A stretch of DNA of 63,599 nt, filler included, from Hausera hauseri (taxonomy: Eukaryota), in assembly GCA_046269625.1 (NCBI GenBank). It is 11 parts of 11 records of this genome, joined end to end, with 100 filler letters (N's around TTAATTAATTAA, not from the genome) between each part and the next. Parts side by side here need not be neighbours in the genome. Positions count along the whole stretch, not along the records: positions 1 to 8,058 come from JBJURY010798756.1; positions 8,159 to 13,548 come from JBJURY010264175.1; 9 more parts are not named here. One strand, given 5' to 3'. Shown here one piece after another: positions 1 through 12,508 of this stretch. Under the pieces are notes generated by a model. The model had not been told where the DNA came from. It searched no databases and worked only from the letters and a program-made list of their open reading frames with translations. Both the position numbers and the translations under genes were made by a program. Each line of letters starts with the position of its first letter. Positions within the stretch are counted from its first letter, which is position 1.

Positions 1-149
1 GTTAAATACAATTGATCTTCCAATGACTTTGCGCTCTGCTCCTGTCAGTTTGTACAATACATCTGCACAAATTTGAATTTTGGGCTCTCGCCTGGTTAAC
101 AGGTTTCATCCAGTATGTTACCTAAATCTCCAATTCGATATACATGGGT

Positions 150-3100
150 TTTGCCTTCTTATAATATTGATCCTTGTAGTTTTCTTGGTGATATTTAATT
201 TTTCATCCTGCTCTGATCCATGCTTCTTGTAATCTTTCCTGTAGAATTGTTGCATTATCCGGTTCTTTCATCAGTTGGGATTGCGGTGGTCTACATTCCA
301 GATCAGTTGGCATAATATCTCGTTTACCATAAAATAAAAAGAATGGTGACTCTTCAGCTGTAGTATGGGGACTTTGTCGGTAGGCATATACACAAAGTTT
401 TATATATAAATCCCAATCAGATAAGTGATCATATGCGTAACTGGATATCATAATTGAAAATTGTTTATTAAATGCTTCGACTGCGCCATGGCTTGAGAAT
501 GATAAGGTGAAGTAAATTTGTGATTGACTCCCAATATTGCTAGTACTTTTTTCATAAGTTCTCTGCAAAAATTGCTTCCTCTGTCAGATATCTGTATTGG
601 CATTCGTATTCATTGGCACTGCGTATTTAAATATTACCTCATCTACTAATCTTCTGGCCATAACTTCCGTGGTTTGATTTACCATTGGCATTGCTATTGG
701 AAATTTTGAGTGGTAATCTATTGCTGTAGGTACACATGTATTTCCTCTGGCGGTTGTCGGTAATGGACCCGCTATATCTACGCCTATGCAAACAAATGGT
801 GATGCTAAATCTGATACTGGTTTTAGTGGTGTTTTTCTTGCTTAAAAATTTCCTCTTCGTTTTGAATATACTTGACAATTTGTACACCAATCTTTCACGT
901 CATCTGCTATCTTTGGCCAATAATATTGTTGTTTAAGTCTGCCTAGCGTAGCCGTATAACTTAGGTGTCCGCCGAGTTGTCCGTCATGGTAATGTAGTAA
1001 AAGTTTTGCGCACGTGTTTTGGCACAACCATGAGTAAGCCTTCACTTTCCTAATAATAGATATTTCCCTTATCCATTTTATATTTATTTTTGCTCCCTTC
1101 TTTGTTCAGACTATTACGGATTTTACGAATTTCTTCATCCTTTGTTTGTACTTTGGCTATAGCTTCATGTGTAATTGCTATGGTCAGGAATATATTCAAC
1201 TCTTCGTTGACCTCTGCATTATCTACTTCGTCGATCATGGTCTGAATTAGGTCAATCATTTCGTAATACTCATATAGGATGTATTCGACAAACGGATACT
1301 TGTAGTCACTCTGTCTTGCATTATGCTGACTATCTCTGTTCGGTGTTTGAATAATCATACTTATTAGTTGGTCTGTATCCTTTGCGCGTTTTATTTGTGT
1401 TGCTTGGAATACATCTGGATGAACTTTCTGCGAAAAATATTCTTTTAAATCTTTCATGTCGTCATAATCGGGGTTGATGCGATCGTTATAGTCTTGATCG
1501 ATGTCATTTTCTTGAAGTCTTAATAAAAAGTCTGCATTAGCGTTTGCTTTCCCTTGTCGATATTTTATTGTCATTTCCAAATCTTAGATTTCTGCAGCCC
1601 ATTTCATTAACTTTCGACTGGTATCTCGTTGTTTCTGGTCGGTTTATAGGATTATTTCTGGTCCAGTTATGTAATATCTAAAATATTACAATGCATATAC
1701 TATTGCATAGCATTCTCGCTTCATTTTAGCCCAACTACGTTGTGTTTTGCTTAGTGTTTTGCTAAGGCATGCTATTATTCCTTCACGCGGTCTGTCAGGG
1801 ACGCATTGTCCTAAGACTGCTCATATAGCGTAACCGCTGGCATCTGTCATTAGTATATAGGGATATTTGGGGTCAGGAAATTGTAGTATTGATGATGAAT
1901 TTAGAAATTGTTTCAGAACCTCAAATGCTCGTTGGTGTGATTCCTCCCAGCTCCATGTTGTCCCTTCTTTGTTAATGCTACTAGTGGTTTAACTATACAT
2001 GCAAAATTATATACAAATTTCCTGTAATAATTGGCCATTCCTAATAGTCTTTATAACTCCTTAAGATATTTGGGTTATTTTAATTTTTTAAGTTTCTCTA
2101 CATTTCTGGAATCAGGTTATATTCCTTTACTCGACACTATGTGTCCGAGAAAGGTGACAGCTTTTTTAGCAAATTCACATATTTTCAACTTGATTTTTAA
2201 ATGAGCTTGTTTTATTCTATCAAATACTTGAGAAATATCTTTTAAGTGTTGTTCAAAGTTTTCAGAAAATATTATTACATCATCTATATACACCATACAA
2301 CATGTTACTCCTTGCAATACAAAATTCATACATCTTTGAAATATGGCAGGTCCTGCTGTCAAGCCGAAGGGCATAACGTTAAATTCCCGTAGTCCAGTTC
2401 TGGTAGAGAAGGCTGTTTTTTGCTTATCTTCTGCGACTTCGACTTGCCAAAATCCACATTGTAAATCCAAGATGGTGAATATGGCGGCATTTCTCAAGGC
2501 TGTAAGCATCTCATTTATCTTTGGTAATGGATAATTTTCCTTCTTTGTAACATTATTTACTGCTCTAAAATCTACAAAAAGTCGTTGTGCTCCGTCTTTC
2601 TTCTGTACTACTTCTACTGGGATGTCCATGTTGAGAAACTTAGTCTGATAGTACCAAGTTTCACCATTTATGATATTTGCCTATCACATTCTTTCTTCTT
2701 AACTTCGGCCATTCTATACGGATTCTGTTTAATGCGGTCGGTGTACTTTGTGATTATATGATGTTGACTAACGTTAGTTATGCCGATGTCATTATCATTC
2801 ATAGCTATAATGTCTCTATAATTGCGCGAATAATTGAAATAATTTTTTATTTGATATGGAGTTAAATCTCCGTCTTTGAATTTAATATTTTCGACTTCAA
2901 CTAAGAACGTGGCTGAGCATACCTTAGCTGGTTGTAATTGTCCTAAGTTGAGATTTTGTCGTTATCTAATTGCTTTTTATTGATACTTTCAATTAGAAAT
3001 TCTAAACATTTTATTCCTCTTGGTCCAAATAAGACATATTGCAGAATGTTATAATTTTCATTGTTATATAAATTCTGTTCAAACATGCAAGTTTGCTTAT

Positions 3101-3930
3101 GGTATTGTGGTGGTATCATTTACATCACCATCACTTTTTGTTGTGGTTCTATAATAACATCATGAGTTAACGTCATACTAATATCCTAATTTGGCAAGTT
3201 AGTCAGTTTATATCTAAGTGTTTGGTTAATAAATCCATTGAGAGACCTGAAATTTGAGACAGTACATCCATTCCTATCACCAGAGGTACTAGCAATATTT
3301 TATCGTCCACCACAAACAAGGTGATCGTGTGTAGATTACCATCAACTCTTATTTGATGTCTATTTTTCCTAAAAATTGTACTTGAGTGAAATTTGCTGTT
3401 TCTATTACAATATCACTTGGCATAATTGCTCCTTTTTGATGGTCAGTTAGGTATGAGTGTCGAATCATTGACACTGATGCACCGGTATCTAGTGGTGCCA
3501 TGGTATTTAATCCATTAAATTGTACACGGATATAGGAGTTATTTCCCCTTGTAATGGTGGTTTGTATCATAAAAATGTATTTTGTATTATTCCATGGAGT
3601 ATCCGTGGTATTATATTGTCGGAGTACGTTTGGTGGGTATGCAGTACTTGGTAAGCAGGTGTATTCATCCAAATCTCTTGCCATAGGAAGATCATGCATG
3701 AATGTGACCTTCATTTCTTTATAATCATGGTATTCCGGGAATTCATCAATAGGTTCGGACTTATAGTATGTTGGTGCTTCCGGTTCGAAGTGTTGTCGAG
3801 CTTTCTTCCTTAATAGTTTGTATTTAACTAGATACTCTTCCACTGTTAACTTAATAAAGGCTTGTAACTGTTGCTCTAATTCTGGAGTTAAACGTAATTC
3901 CTTTCTTAATTTATTAAGTTCTTTCGCATG
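150..3930 (-). pseudogene. pol: Gypsy pol: protease, reverse transcriptase, RNase H, integrase (frameshifted)
   Basis: PR LDTGASVSMI (~3490); RT VDFRAVNNVTKKENYPLP, LDLQCGFWQV, MPFGL, YIDDVIIFS (2117-2629); RNase H TDASGYAI (~1840) and YRQGKANANAD; integrase Zn finger HDGQLGGH..YYWP..CTNC (842-1045); core GAVEAFN, ESPFFLFYG. Confidence 0.93.
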
Positions 3931-5808
3931 TCAGTACATTAATACTCATTGATCCATTGAAGGCGAAGCATCTCAACATAATTTGCCATGTACAATCACG
4001 TACTTTCTTTATATTTTTTGCAGCTCCTATTTGTCTTAAATGACCACTATGGTGGTAATTAAAACATATTCCAAAAGCTCCAGATATAACATGACAAAAA
4101 ATAAGGAATTTATTCCAGAAGTCATAAAGGACCATTTTAGCTGTTCTTTCTAAATGATCAATTGGCAATAATATTCTATAATTAGGTACGGCGTCTAATC
4201 CTTTCGTAACAATATATACAAATTCTGTAATGACTTTGTCTCGGATATTCTGAAATAATACTTCTTTTATTACTGCTTCCAGGTATATCAATGAATATAA
4301 TCCACTGGTGGGAAGTTCTCTATTTATTTTAAACGTCATACTTTTATCCAGTGGTAATAATCCAATCATATGTGGTATGTTCATCATTGTTAGTTGGCGT
4401 GTTTAGTCCATCTTCCATCGTTGAGTTTAAAGGCAGGATAAAAGTCTTTATAACATGGTGCAAAGCTGATTTCAGTAGTTAAAAATAACGTTCGGGTAAT
4501 AGGGTCCACAAATCCTATTTTAATTATGTTTATATCGTTGTATTGGACCATTAATTCGTTCATGAAATTTGCTTTTGGTGATGTTACGGGAGCTACCTCT
4601 ATCGGTGAGCATTGGTGCACATGGAGTATTTTACCTTGTACTCCACCAAGTGTTCCAGGGCGATATTCCATAATTAAGGCAATATGTTCGCGGAACTGTA
4701 TAGCTAGTATCAAATCATACTGGTTCGATCTTTAAGTGATTTTACAATCTCTCAGTACCATCACGTTACAAAATTCAACTAAATCCATTTTTGCGGTGTG
4801 ATAGATATAGTCCATCTTGTTATTTGTATATAGGTACCACTTTATGTTTTCAGTTGGTAATTTTCCTGTATTTTCAAGAGTTATGTTTGTTACAAATAAA
4901 TCTTCATAAGATGTAGAGTAAACTGCATTCGATTCACAAGTCGATACTGCTCCTTTACGTGCCAGTACGATTCCATCTTTGTCACTGGATGACATTAGAG
5001 CTTTTAGGGAAATGGTTTGTTTTAAGGTTCGTGGGGTGGGTAAACTTAAATTATGGTAATATACAGGTTCTTGGTATTCGCCGTCATAATATAAATGACC
5101 TTATATATTCATACATAGATACTTTTTTAAGAAAAGCTAGTGGACATATTAAGATCGTTTTTTCCCAGACTAGTGTAGATTCTCCTAGGGTGCACACTTT
5201 GTCTGAATATGTACAGGATGGTGCAGTTAACATTTTCCCTCTGATTGCATCGAAATTTACTTTATATTCTTTAATGGTAAAGGTAATCTTTTATTTGTAC
5301 TACAGCAGATTCCGTTTCTCCATTTGTCATCATATTTTCTCCGTTACAAGCTCCACCGTATCCGGGCCATATTTTTCCGGCTGTAACTATACGTGAATAA
5401 ACTCGTTTCTCTATGCCTGCATGTATTGGCTGTTGAAAAACTACATGAAATGAATCCGTAGCTTTTCTACAATTTTCATCTGTTATTGTCACGGGTTTAG
5501 GTAGTGCTAGTGGAATAATTACTGAATTCAACGAATTATGACCGCAATTATAAGCGAATACAACTTTATTAACTTGACATTCCTTTACTTGCACTTGTTG
5601 ATAGCTGATTCTTTGATACAGGTTATAGTTGTAGGGACTTTCTTTCTTTACTGATATTGGATTTGCATTTTGCAATTTGCCTATATCCACTAGTGAAAGT
5701 CTGGCTGTTATTTCCGGTTTGGAGCAATCATAGGCTTCTAAGGCTTTTGTAGTTTTTAAGCTGCTAATAGCCATCAAATATAGTAGCAGGTGAATAATTT
5801 GTACTACC
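3914..5808 (-). pseudogene. Chuvirus-like / herpes gB-type (class III) fusion glycoprotein, env analogue, fragmented
   Basis: Signal-like VVQIIHLLLYLMAISSLKTTKA then AYDC..LSLVDIG, LYQ..VKECQV...YNCGHNS, CTYSDKVCTLGESTLVW, YTNNKMDY, PGTLGGVQGKILHVHQCSPIEV, FVDPITRTL, TSGLYS, and a C-terminal hydrophobic FWNKFLIFCHVISGAFGI/YVLITTIVVI. These motifs are colinear with chuviral glycoproteins as I recall them. Confidence 0.8.
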
Positions 5809-7156
5809 TAATCTGAGACATTGGTATCTTTGGAGTATATTAGTGTTGTAGGGTTAAATTTCTTAAGGATTTCATCTTAGCCTTCTTGTTTGGTTACCCA
5901 TTTTTTCGTTAGTTTATCCATGTGATGAGCTAAATCTCCTACTATGTGATGTAACTTGGTATCAGCCTCTGTTTGGCTTTTAAAGCTAATGCTATCAGTA
6001 GTCGGTTTTGATCACATTCCTCTAATAACTGTGTCAATGCTTTATTTAGGCCCCTTTCAGTTTATATTTCTGCAGCAATTTTGTGATTTGCGATGAGAAG
6101 TTTCTAGCGGTTTCTATTATAAACTGAAATGGTATCGTTGTAATTGTTGGTATCTTCTTGAGTTGATTTGGGTTAGATTTCTTAATTAATTGTTCAAGAA
6201 GTTTATGAATTGTTAATGTTACCTTAGGTATATCTATTTCATTTTGATACGATGTTCCTGTAGCAGAATCCTTTGTTTGTTCATTTTCATCATCACTAAT
6301 AATAAATAGTTGGAAGTTATCGTATAATATATCTTCTAATGTTTCTCGTTGTTCCTGACGCTTTTTAGACAGAGGTATTTTCTTGCTTTGTGTTTCTAGT
6401 TTTTTTTCTTCGGAATTTTCTTCATCATCACTTATGGGGTTAAATTCTCATTTTCGTGATCTTCCTCCCTTTTTCTTAGTACCAATCTGCATGGTAATCT
6501 GATGAATCTTTCTGCTAAGGAGCCAATAATCCACAATGTAGTCATTGTCAACGGCTAATCTCCCATACGGCTATCATATTACTTTCTAGATCTAATTCAT
6601 CTAACACTTTCCTTCGGAGATCGGTAAACTTAGTGAACATTCCTGCTGTTACTTCGATTACTTGTTCCCGCTTATTGGTTTTAATTTTCATACTTATAAT
6701 ATATGGTTGTTTCGACTGTGTTTTTGTCCTAGGTCTCTTACAAGAGTTTTAAGTAACTTTCTTGCTGCTGAAAAGCAGAATACGTCATCCTTTGTTAGTG
6801 GTAAGAGTAATGGTGCATATTTAGTTCGACTAGCTAGTGGTAGAGGCTCATATTGTCGTAGGGCATTCCATACTTCATTTGTCATTTGTAATTTAGTTTT
6901 AATTATTTCAGTTACGGATTCTGGAGGTTCACCGTACACTGTGAAACCAGGGGAATGTTCATTTCCGGGATATTTCTTGGTTTTTCCATTGGTAATAGCG
7001 TGAGAATGAGTTCGTCGTCTTCTAATATTTCAAACACTTCATCTTTGTCGACTACTTGTGGTTCCTTTTTGGATGTACCTGGCTGTATTGAATCCCAAAT
7101 ACTTTCGAGTAATGTCGGTCGTTGGTGTGGAATCTTAGATTGGGGAAGTGGTGCGA

Positions 7157-7880
7157 CTAATCTGTTCTTATAAGGTTCCATCCATTCTCCAGTTGGCCCT
7201 GTTCTGACGAAATCATGTGAATATTCATAAGAATCCATATTCGGATATCTTTGAGCAATTGGTTCGATTTCCGGGATCGCTCTTGCTTCAGATATTTTTC
7301 GAGTTTCCAATTTGCTTGGAAGGCTATTCGTAGTGTCCTCTGACTTTCTATTATCCATGGTATATTGTATTCCACTCGCGCAGTTTTTAAGTATTCGACT
7401 AGATATCTTTGCGTCATAATTTCTGAGTTATGACCATGATATAGATCCAATCATTTGTAAGTTCCGTTGATTTGTTCAAGATCATAAATGGCGTTTAGAT
7501 TTGTTGGATTTATTTTCAATGTATTCAATATTTCTGGCCATTGGCGTCCGATGATTACCTTTCCTGGTAAATATTTATTCATAAATTCATTTACTTATTC
7601 TTGTCCTTCAGGATTTGACCATCTACTATATTCGGTATATTTTGTGGCATCTGGTATGTTCGGATACACATAGATATTGAGAATGGTCTTTCCATCTAAG
7701 TTTCTAGCAGTGACTTGAGTAATTGCTTTCTGATCTCCTTTAGTTATGCATCTACCTGTGAATATTATTTCTCTATCCTGTGTTACAGGCTCATCTACAA
7801 ATAATATTGATGTTTCCTTAAGCAATTGTATTAAGCATAAAGGGTAGTTATTTAGGGGTTGAATTTGACAATCTCATTCG
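7157..7880 (-). pseudogene. REX4/ISG20-like DEDDh exonuclease-fold domain lacking catalytic acidic residues
   Basis: ORFs 7595-7825 and 7157-7450 share one frame with two internal stops: IIFTGRC..AITQVTARNLDGKTILNIYVYP..VNEFMNKYLPGKVIIGRQWPEILNTLKI..NAIYDL. This parallels REX4-type ALDCE..ARVSIVN..G..YDKYVKP..VAEMLKGRILVGHAL. Confidence 0.55.
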
Positions 7881-8058
7881 TAGGGATAATTAGGAAGTAT
7901 CATAGGCTCTTTGGAAACAATTACCGTTTTATTACTGATTTGTAACCGGGCTTCTCCTTGATTAATAAATATAGCACATGGCGTGTCGTTTCTTTTAATC
8001 TGAATATCGGTATTCTTTAAATAAATTTTATCAATACCTTCCATACAAATTTATCCTT

Positions 8059-8158
8059 NNNNNNNNNNNNNNNNNNNNNNNNNNNNNNNNNNNNNNNNNN
8101 NNTTAATTAATTAANNNNNNNNNNNNNNNNNNNNNNNNNNNNNNNNNNNNNNNNNNNN
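8059..8158. other. Artificial contig linker (44N-TTAATTAATTAA-44N); repeated at 13549, 19409, 24347, 29191, 34658, 38886, 43468, 53179, 58391
   Basis: Identical 100-nt spacer ten times; TTAATTAATTAA places stop codons in all six frames. Confidence 0.99.
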
Positions 8159-9070
8159 AGGACATGTGACCGGGTGCATTCGAACACAAACATGGTGCAG
8201 TATATGAATGTGTAGTTAGAATTTAAATTTATCGAGCCGATTTCGAATAATATCGATGCAAAGTGCAACTGGGACAGACTCCCCATAGGTTTTTAGGTCC
8301 AAAGGAGTCAAAATTCGATAATATAATTAGCGGAGACAGATATGAAGTTGAATATGGCGATATTGAATATCTAGTCGAATATTCGAAATTCGAATATTTT
8401 CGAGCTCGAATATCGAAGTTCGAACTATTCGAAAAATCTAAAAACGGCAATCGATTCCTCATATATGAAAACCTCCTCATGCATAAAAATTATTCCATGA
8501 AAATGATCTATATAGGTACAAAATCAATATTTCGAATTAAGCAAAATGTGCATTTAAAGCCCAGTGAAGCAAAAATCAATAAATCTAATAGTGGAATTGG
8601 ATAGGAAGCCATGTATGTTGAATTAGAATATGACATCAGATATTATAATTCAAGCTCTCAAGTCACATATTTAGCTATTCGAACTCGAATATTCGATCAA
8701 GAATGCATCATTTTAAGAATCTAATGACGTCACTCAAATCCTCATTGGTGAAAATCTATAGTAAAATCTATAGTAAATCTATAGTAAAATTACATAATAA
8801 ATGCTAAGTAATTCTTATATTGATTAAGCAATTGAGGTGAATTTGAAGGTGAAGCACGCTAAAATCGATAAATGTTTAAGAACACATAGATAGGAAAGCA
8901 TATGTGGAGAATCGGAATATAATGTTAGATATTCGAATTCGAGCTTTCAAATCGAATATTTAGCTATTCGAACTCGAATATTCGGTCAAAATTGCATCAT
9001 TCGAAGAATTTAATGATGTCATTGGATTTCTCATATACGAAAACCTATGTGTAAATCGAATTTGGTGCCG
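8159..9070 (+). repeat. Polinton/Maverick terminal/subterminal repeat (left-end orientation) with internal ~290-bp tandem duplication
   Basis: Reverse-complement homolog of 41620-42670, which runs on to a ...CTACT terminus. TTAGCTATTCGAACTCGAATATTCG occurs at 8671 and 8960. Lies ~500 bp upstream of pPolB. Confidence 0.7.
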
Positions 9071-9584
9071 CTATGTATTTCATTTATTTGATGCATTAAA
9101 ACAAATGCACAAAATACAACACGTTGACAAATAAAATGCATCACGTTGGCAAGTTGTAAGGCTTCATATGTAATTGTGTGTGTATTAATATTGGAAATAG
9201 GGCGGCGTGATAACTCCTATACTAAATTAACTTTTAAAATTAGTGGGTAAAAGAAATTTATACATATGATGCATTTAAAACAAAATATAGTCAAATTAGA
9301 CAATAAATGCATTTAAACAAAATAAAGTGCCGAACTTACCTTACCATTAAAATATTTATTTTGCTTACATGTGTTTTGTTTTACTGTATCAATTATCAAA
9401 TTAAACTTAGAAAATATCTAACCGAGTTTTAAAATAGTATAAACAAAAAGAAAAAAGTGAAATATATAATATTGACTTTAATCGAAAATCATTATTTCAG
9501 AAAACTTTTTAACAAATGGTGAGTTTTGTTAATTCTGTTCTCATGAAAATTAACTATCTATTTAGAATTGTGAATATGAACTGA

Positions 9585-12508
9585 TAAAACGAGGCTCTTA
9601 TATTCAGCTTCCTGATTGGATTGAACGGAAAAAGGCATGTATCAATGTGAAAAATAATGACAACAAGTGTTTCATGAATGCCATTCTATCAAAACTCGTA
9701 CGAGATTAACATAATGCTTCTCGAGTTTATGTATATCAGAACATGAAGCATAATTATTATTTTAGTTGCATTGAATTCCGACAAGAAATAGATGACATAA
9801 AAAGATTTGATCGTATTAATCATATATCCATCAATATTTTCAGAGTGGATAAAACAGATAAATTTTATTCTTTACATATATGCAAAGAGGAATTGAAGAA
9901 CCATAGGAATCTGTTCCTACTAAATGATGGGAAAAAGAAACATTATGTTTGGCGCAAGAACTTAAGTCGTTTAGTAACTTCCCAAATAACAAAAAATGAG
10001 CAGAATTGAGATCTGCAAAAGATGTTTTTTACATTTCAATGGTGAATTTGCTGTGGAGAAGTTAAAGGAGTATAAAATTTATTGCAATAGCAATAACTGT
10101 ATAAGAACTGAATTTCCTAAGAAAGACAATATAGAATTCGAAGAGGTTGAAAAACATCAGAAAGTACCAATTGTTGTTTATTGTGACTTTGGGGCTATTC
10201 TCAGACCAGTACGGAGCTGCAATCAGAATCAACAACAGAGTAGTACGACAGCATACCAAGATCATGAGCTGTCGTCATATTGCATGTATGCCAAAGGACT
10301 GGATAGTAAACCATTTTTATTCAGAGGTTCAGGTGCAGCAGCTCATTTTATGAAACGACTTAAAGACATGGCTCGTAGGATTAGAGATATGTTGTAACAG
10401 CATAAGGATACAATGAGCATGTCGAGGAAACAAGAAAATAAATGGCGCAAGGCAGCAGCATGTTACTTGTGCTCCAAATCATTCACCAAGGAGAATCAAA
10501 AAGTTAGGGGTCACTGCCATTTTACAGACACATATCCGGGGACGGCATGCAACAATTACAATCTACGTTGCAAAACATGCACATATGTGACTGTAGTGTT
10601 CCATAATCTCAGTGGATATAACAGCCACTTCATAATCCAAGAAATAGGCAGCACTGATGGCAGTACTGAAGTGATCCCTGATAGTGAGGAAAAATACATC
10701 ACTTTCACTAAGCATGTTGGTAAAGTCCGACTTTGCTTCATAGACTACTTTCGTTTCATGTCGTCTTCACTGGATAGTTTAGTGAAAAACATCCATGTAG
10801 AAGAAATCAAGGAGACGAAGCGGTTCTTTCCCACTACATTTGACCTAGTCAAGATGAAAAGAGTATTTCCTTATGACTACATAACTTCATGGAAAACACT
10901 GGATAAGGCCTCATTACCACCCAATTATGGCTTTTACAGCCAGTTGTCGGACTGCGATATCAGTGATGAGGCCTGCCACATGCTCAAAACGTCTTGAGTG
11001 CATTCCAATGCAAAACAATAGGGGAATACAGTGATATTTACCTCAAGACGAATGTGTTGTTGCTGATGGATATCTTTAAGAGTTTCAGGGATGTTACAAT
11101 GAAGAGCCATGCATTGGATCCGGCTTATTTCTTTACAGATTCAGGAATGAGTTGGCCTGCAATGCTACGCTATACTGATATTAGGCTGCAGATCATTAAG
11201 GATTATGATATGATTTTTATAATCGAGAGAGGCATTAGAGGCAAAATATGCCAGGCTATTCATAGTTATGGTGAGGCCAACAACAAGTATATAGCAGATT
11301 ATAACTCATCGAAAAAATCCTCGTATATCATATACCTGGATGCAAACAATCCATTGCCATGTAATAACTTCAAGTGGGTTGAGCATCCTGAAAACATTCC
11401 TATACTGGACCTGGATCCTACTGGAGATACGGGATATATACTGGAGGTGGATATGAAATATCCGGCTTCCATCTACACAATGCATGAACAGCTGCCTTTC
11501 CTTCCGGAGAACAAAAAGCCGTCGAATGGACATGTCAAAAAGTTACTATGCCATCTTGAAAATCGGGAAAGATATGTCGTCCATTACATAAATCTACAAC
11601 AGGCTACCAGAAATGGGCTCAGAGTCATCAAGATCCGTAGGGCCCTGCAGTTCAGTCAGTTCATATGGTTGCAGCTATACATCGACTTCAACAGAAAGTT
11701 GAGGGCTGAGGCTAAAAACGACATTGAGAAGGATCAATTTAAGCTGTATAATAACAGCGTTTTTGGCAAGACCATGGAGAATATTTGTAACAGGATTGAC
11801 ATTGGGTTGGTCTCTGACTGGAAGCGAGCAAAGAAGTTCATTGCCAAGCCTAACATTCGCAGCAGCACCATATATTCAGAGAATTTGGTAGGTATCCATA
11901 TGCTGAAAACAACATTATTATTCAATAAGTCCATATATGCGGGTATGGCAATACTAGACCTGTCAAAGAACTTGATGTATGACTTCCACTACAACATCAT
12001 GGTCCCTAAGTTCAAGTCCATGCAACTGATGCATACTGATACTGATAGTTTCATCTATCAGATCCATACAGATAATATTTATGAGGACTTTGCCAAATTG
12101 GCCCAACACATGGATACTTCAGACTATCCGAAGGATCATTCCAACTATTCAATTGCCAACAAAAAAGTCCTAGGGAAATTCAAAGACAAGGTGAATGGAG
12201 CAATAATTTCACGATTTCTGGCTCTTAGGTCTAAAATGTACGCCTTAGATGTATGTGGCCAGATCAAAAAGAGAGCCAAGGGAGTTCAAAGGACTACCTT
12301 GGCCAAGAATATCAGCTTTGAGGATTATTCTAAAGTGCTGCATGTGCAGACTCACATGATATTATAGATGCGAATAATCCACTCTAGGAATCATAAGATA
12401 CAAACAGTAACATTGCAGAAAAACAGCCCAGATTGGATGGATGACAAGAGACGGATCTTAGAAGATGGAATCAGCACACTGCCTCATGGACATGTTTCAT
12501 TACTGTAA
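9585..12508 (+). pseudogene. Polinton/Maverick protein-primed DNA polymerase B (frameshifted)
   Basis: INVKNNDNKCF; HYVWRKNLSRL; VYCDF; CYLC..VRGHCHFT..GTACNNYNL; FHNLSGYNSH (ExoII); FPYDY; YLDANN (motif A, partly deleted); KLYNNSVFGKT (B); HTDTDS (C); KRAKGV; DDKR..TLPHGH. Confidence 0.93.

Larger units (their letters stand above)
1..8058 (-). mobile_element. Degenerate env-bearing Ty3/Gypsy LTR retrotransposon (internal region; LTRs and gag not visible)
   Basis: Minus-strand order: exonuclease-like domain, unknown linker, viral-type glycoprotein, then PR-RT-RNase H-integrase (Gypsy domain order). Many stops and 1-nt frameshifts. Confidence 0.9.

Noticed and set aside
8103-8114. Regularly recurring TTAATTAATTAA as a CRISPR-like or biological repeat
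   Set aside because: Always centred in 88 Ns; it is an artificial linker.
8229-8604. ORFs 8229-8480 and 8263-8604, and heat-shock-element reading of the GAAnnTTC motifs
   Set aside because: The ORFs arise from the TCGA-rich terminal repeat. I found only two-unit GAAnnTTC matches, not three-unit canonical HSEs.
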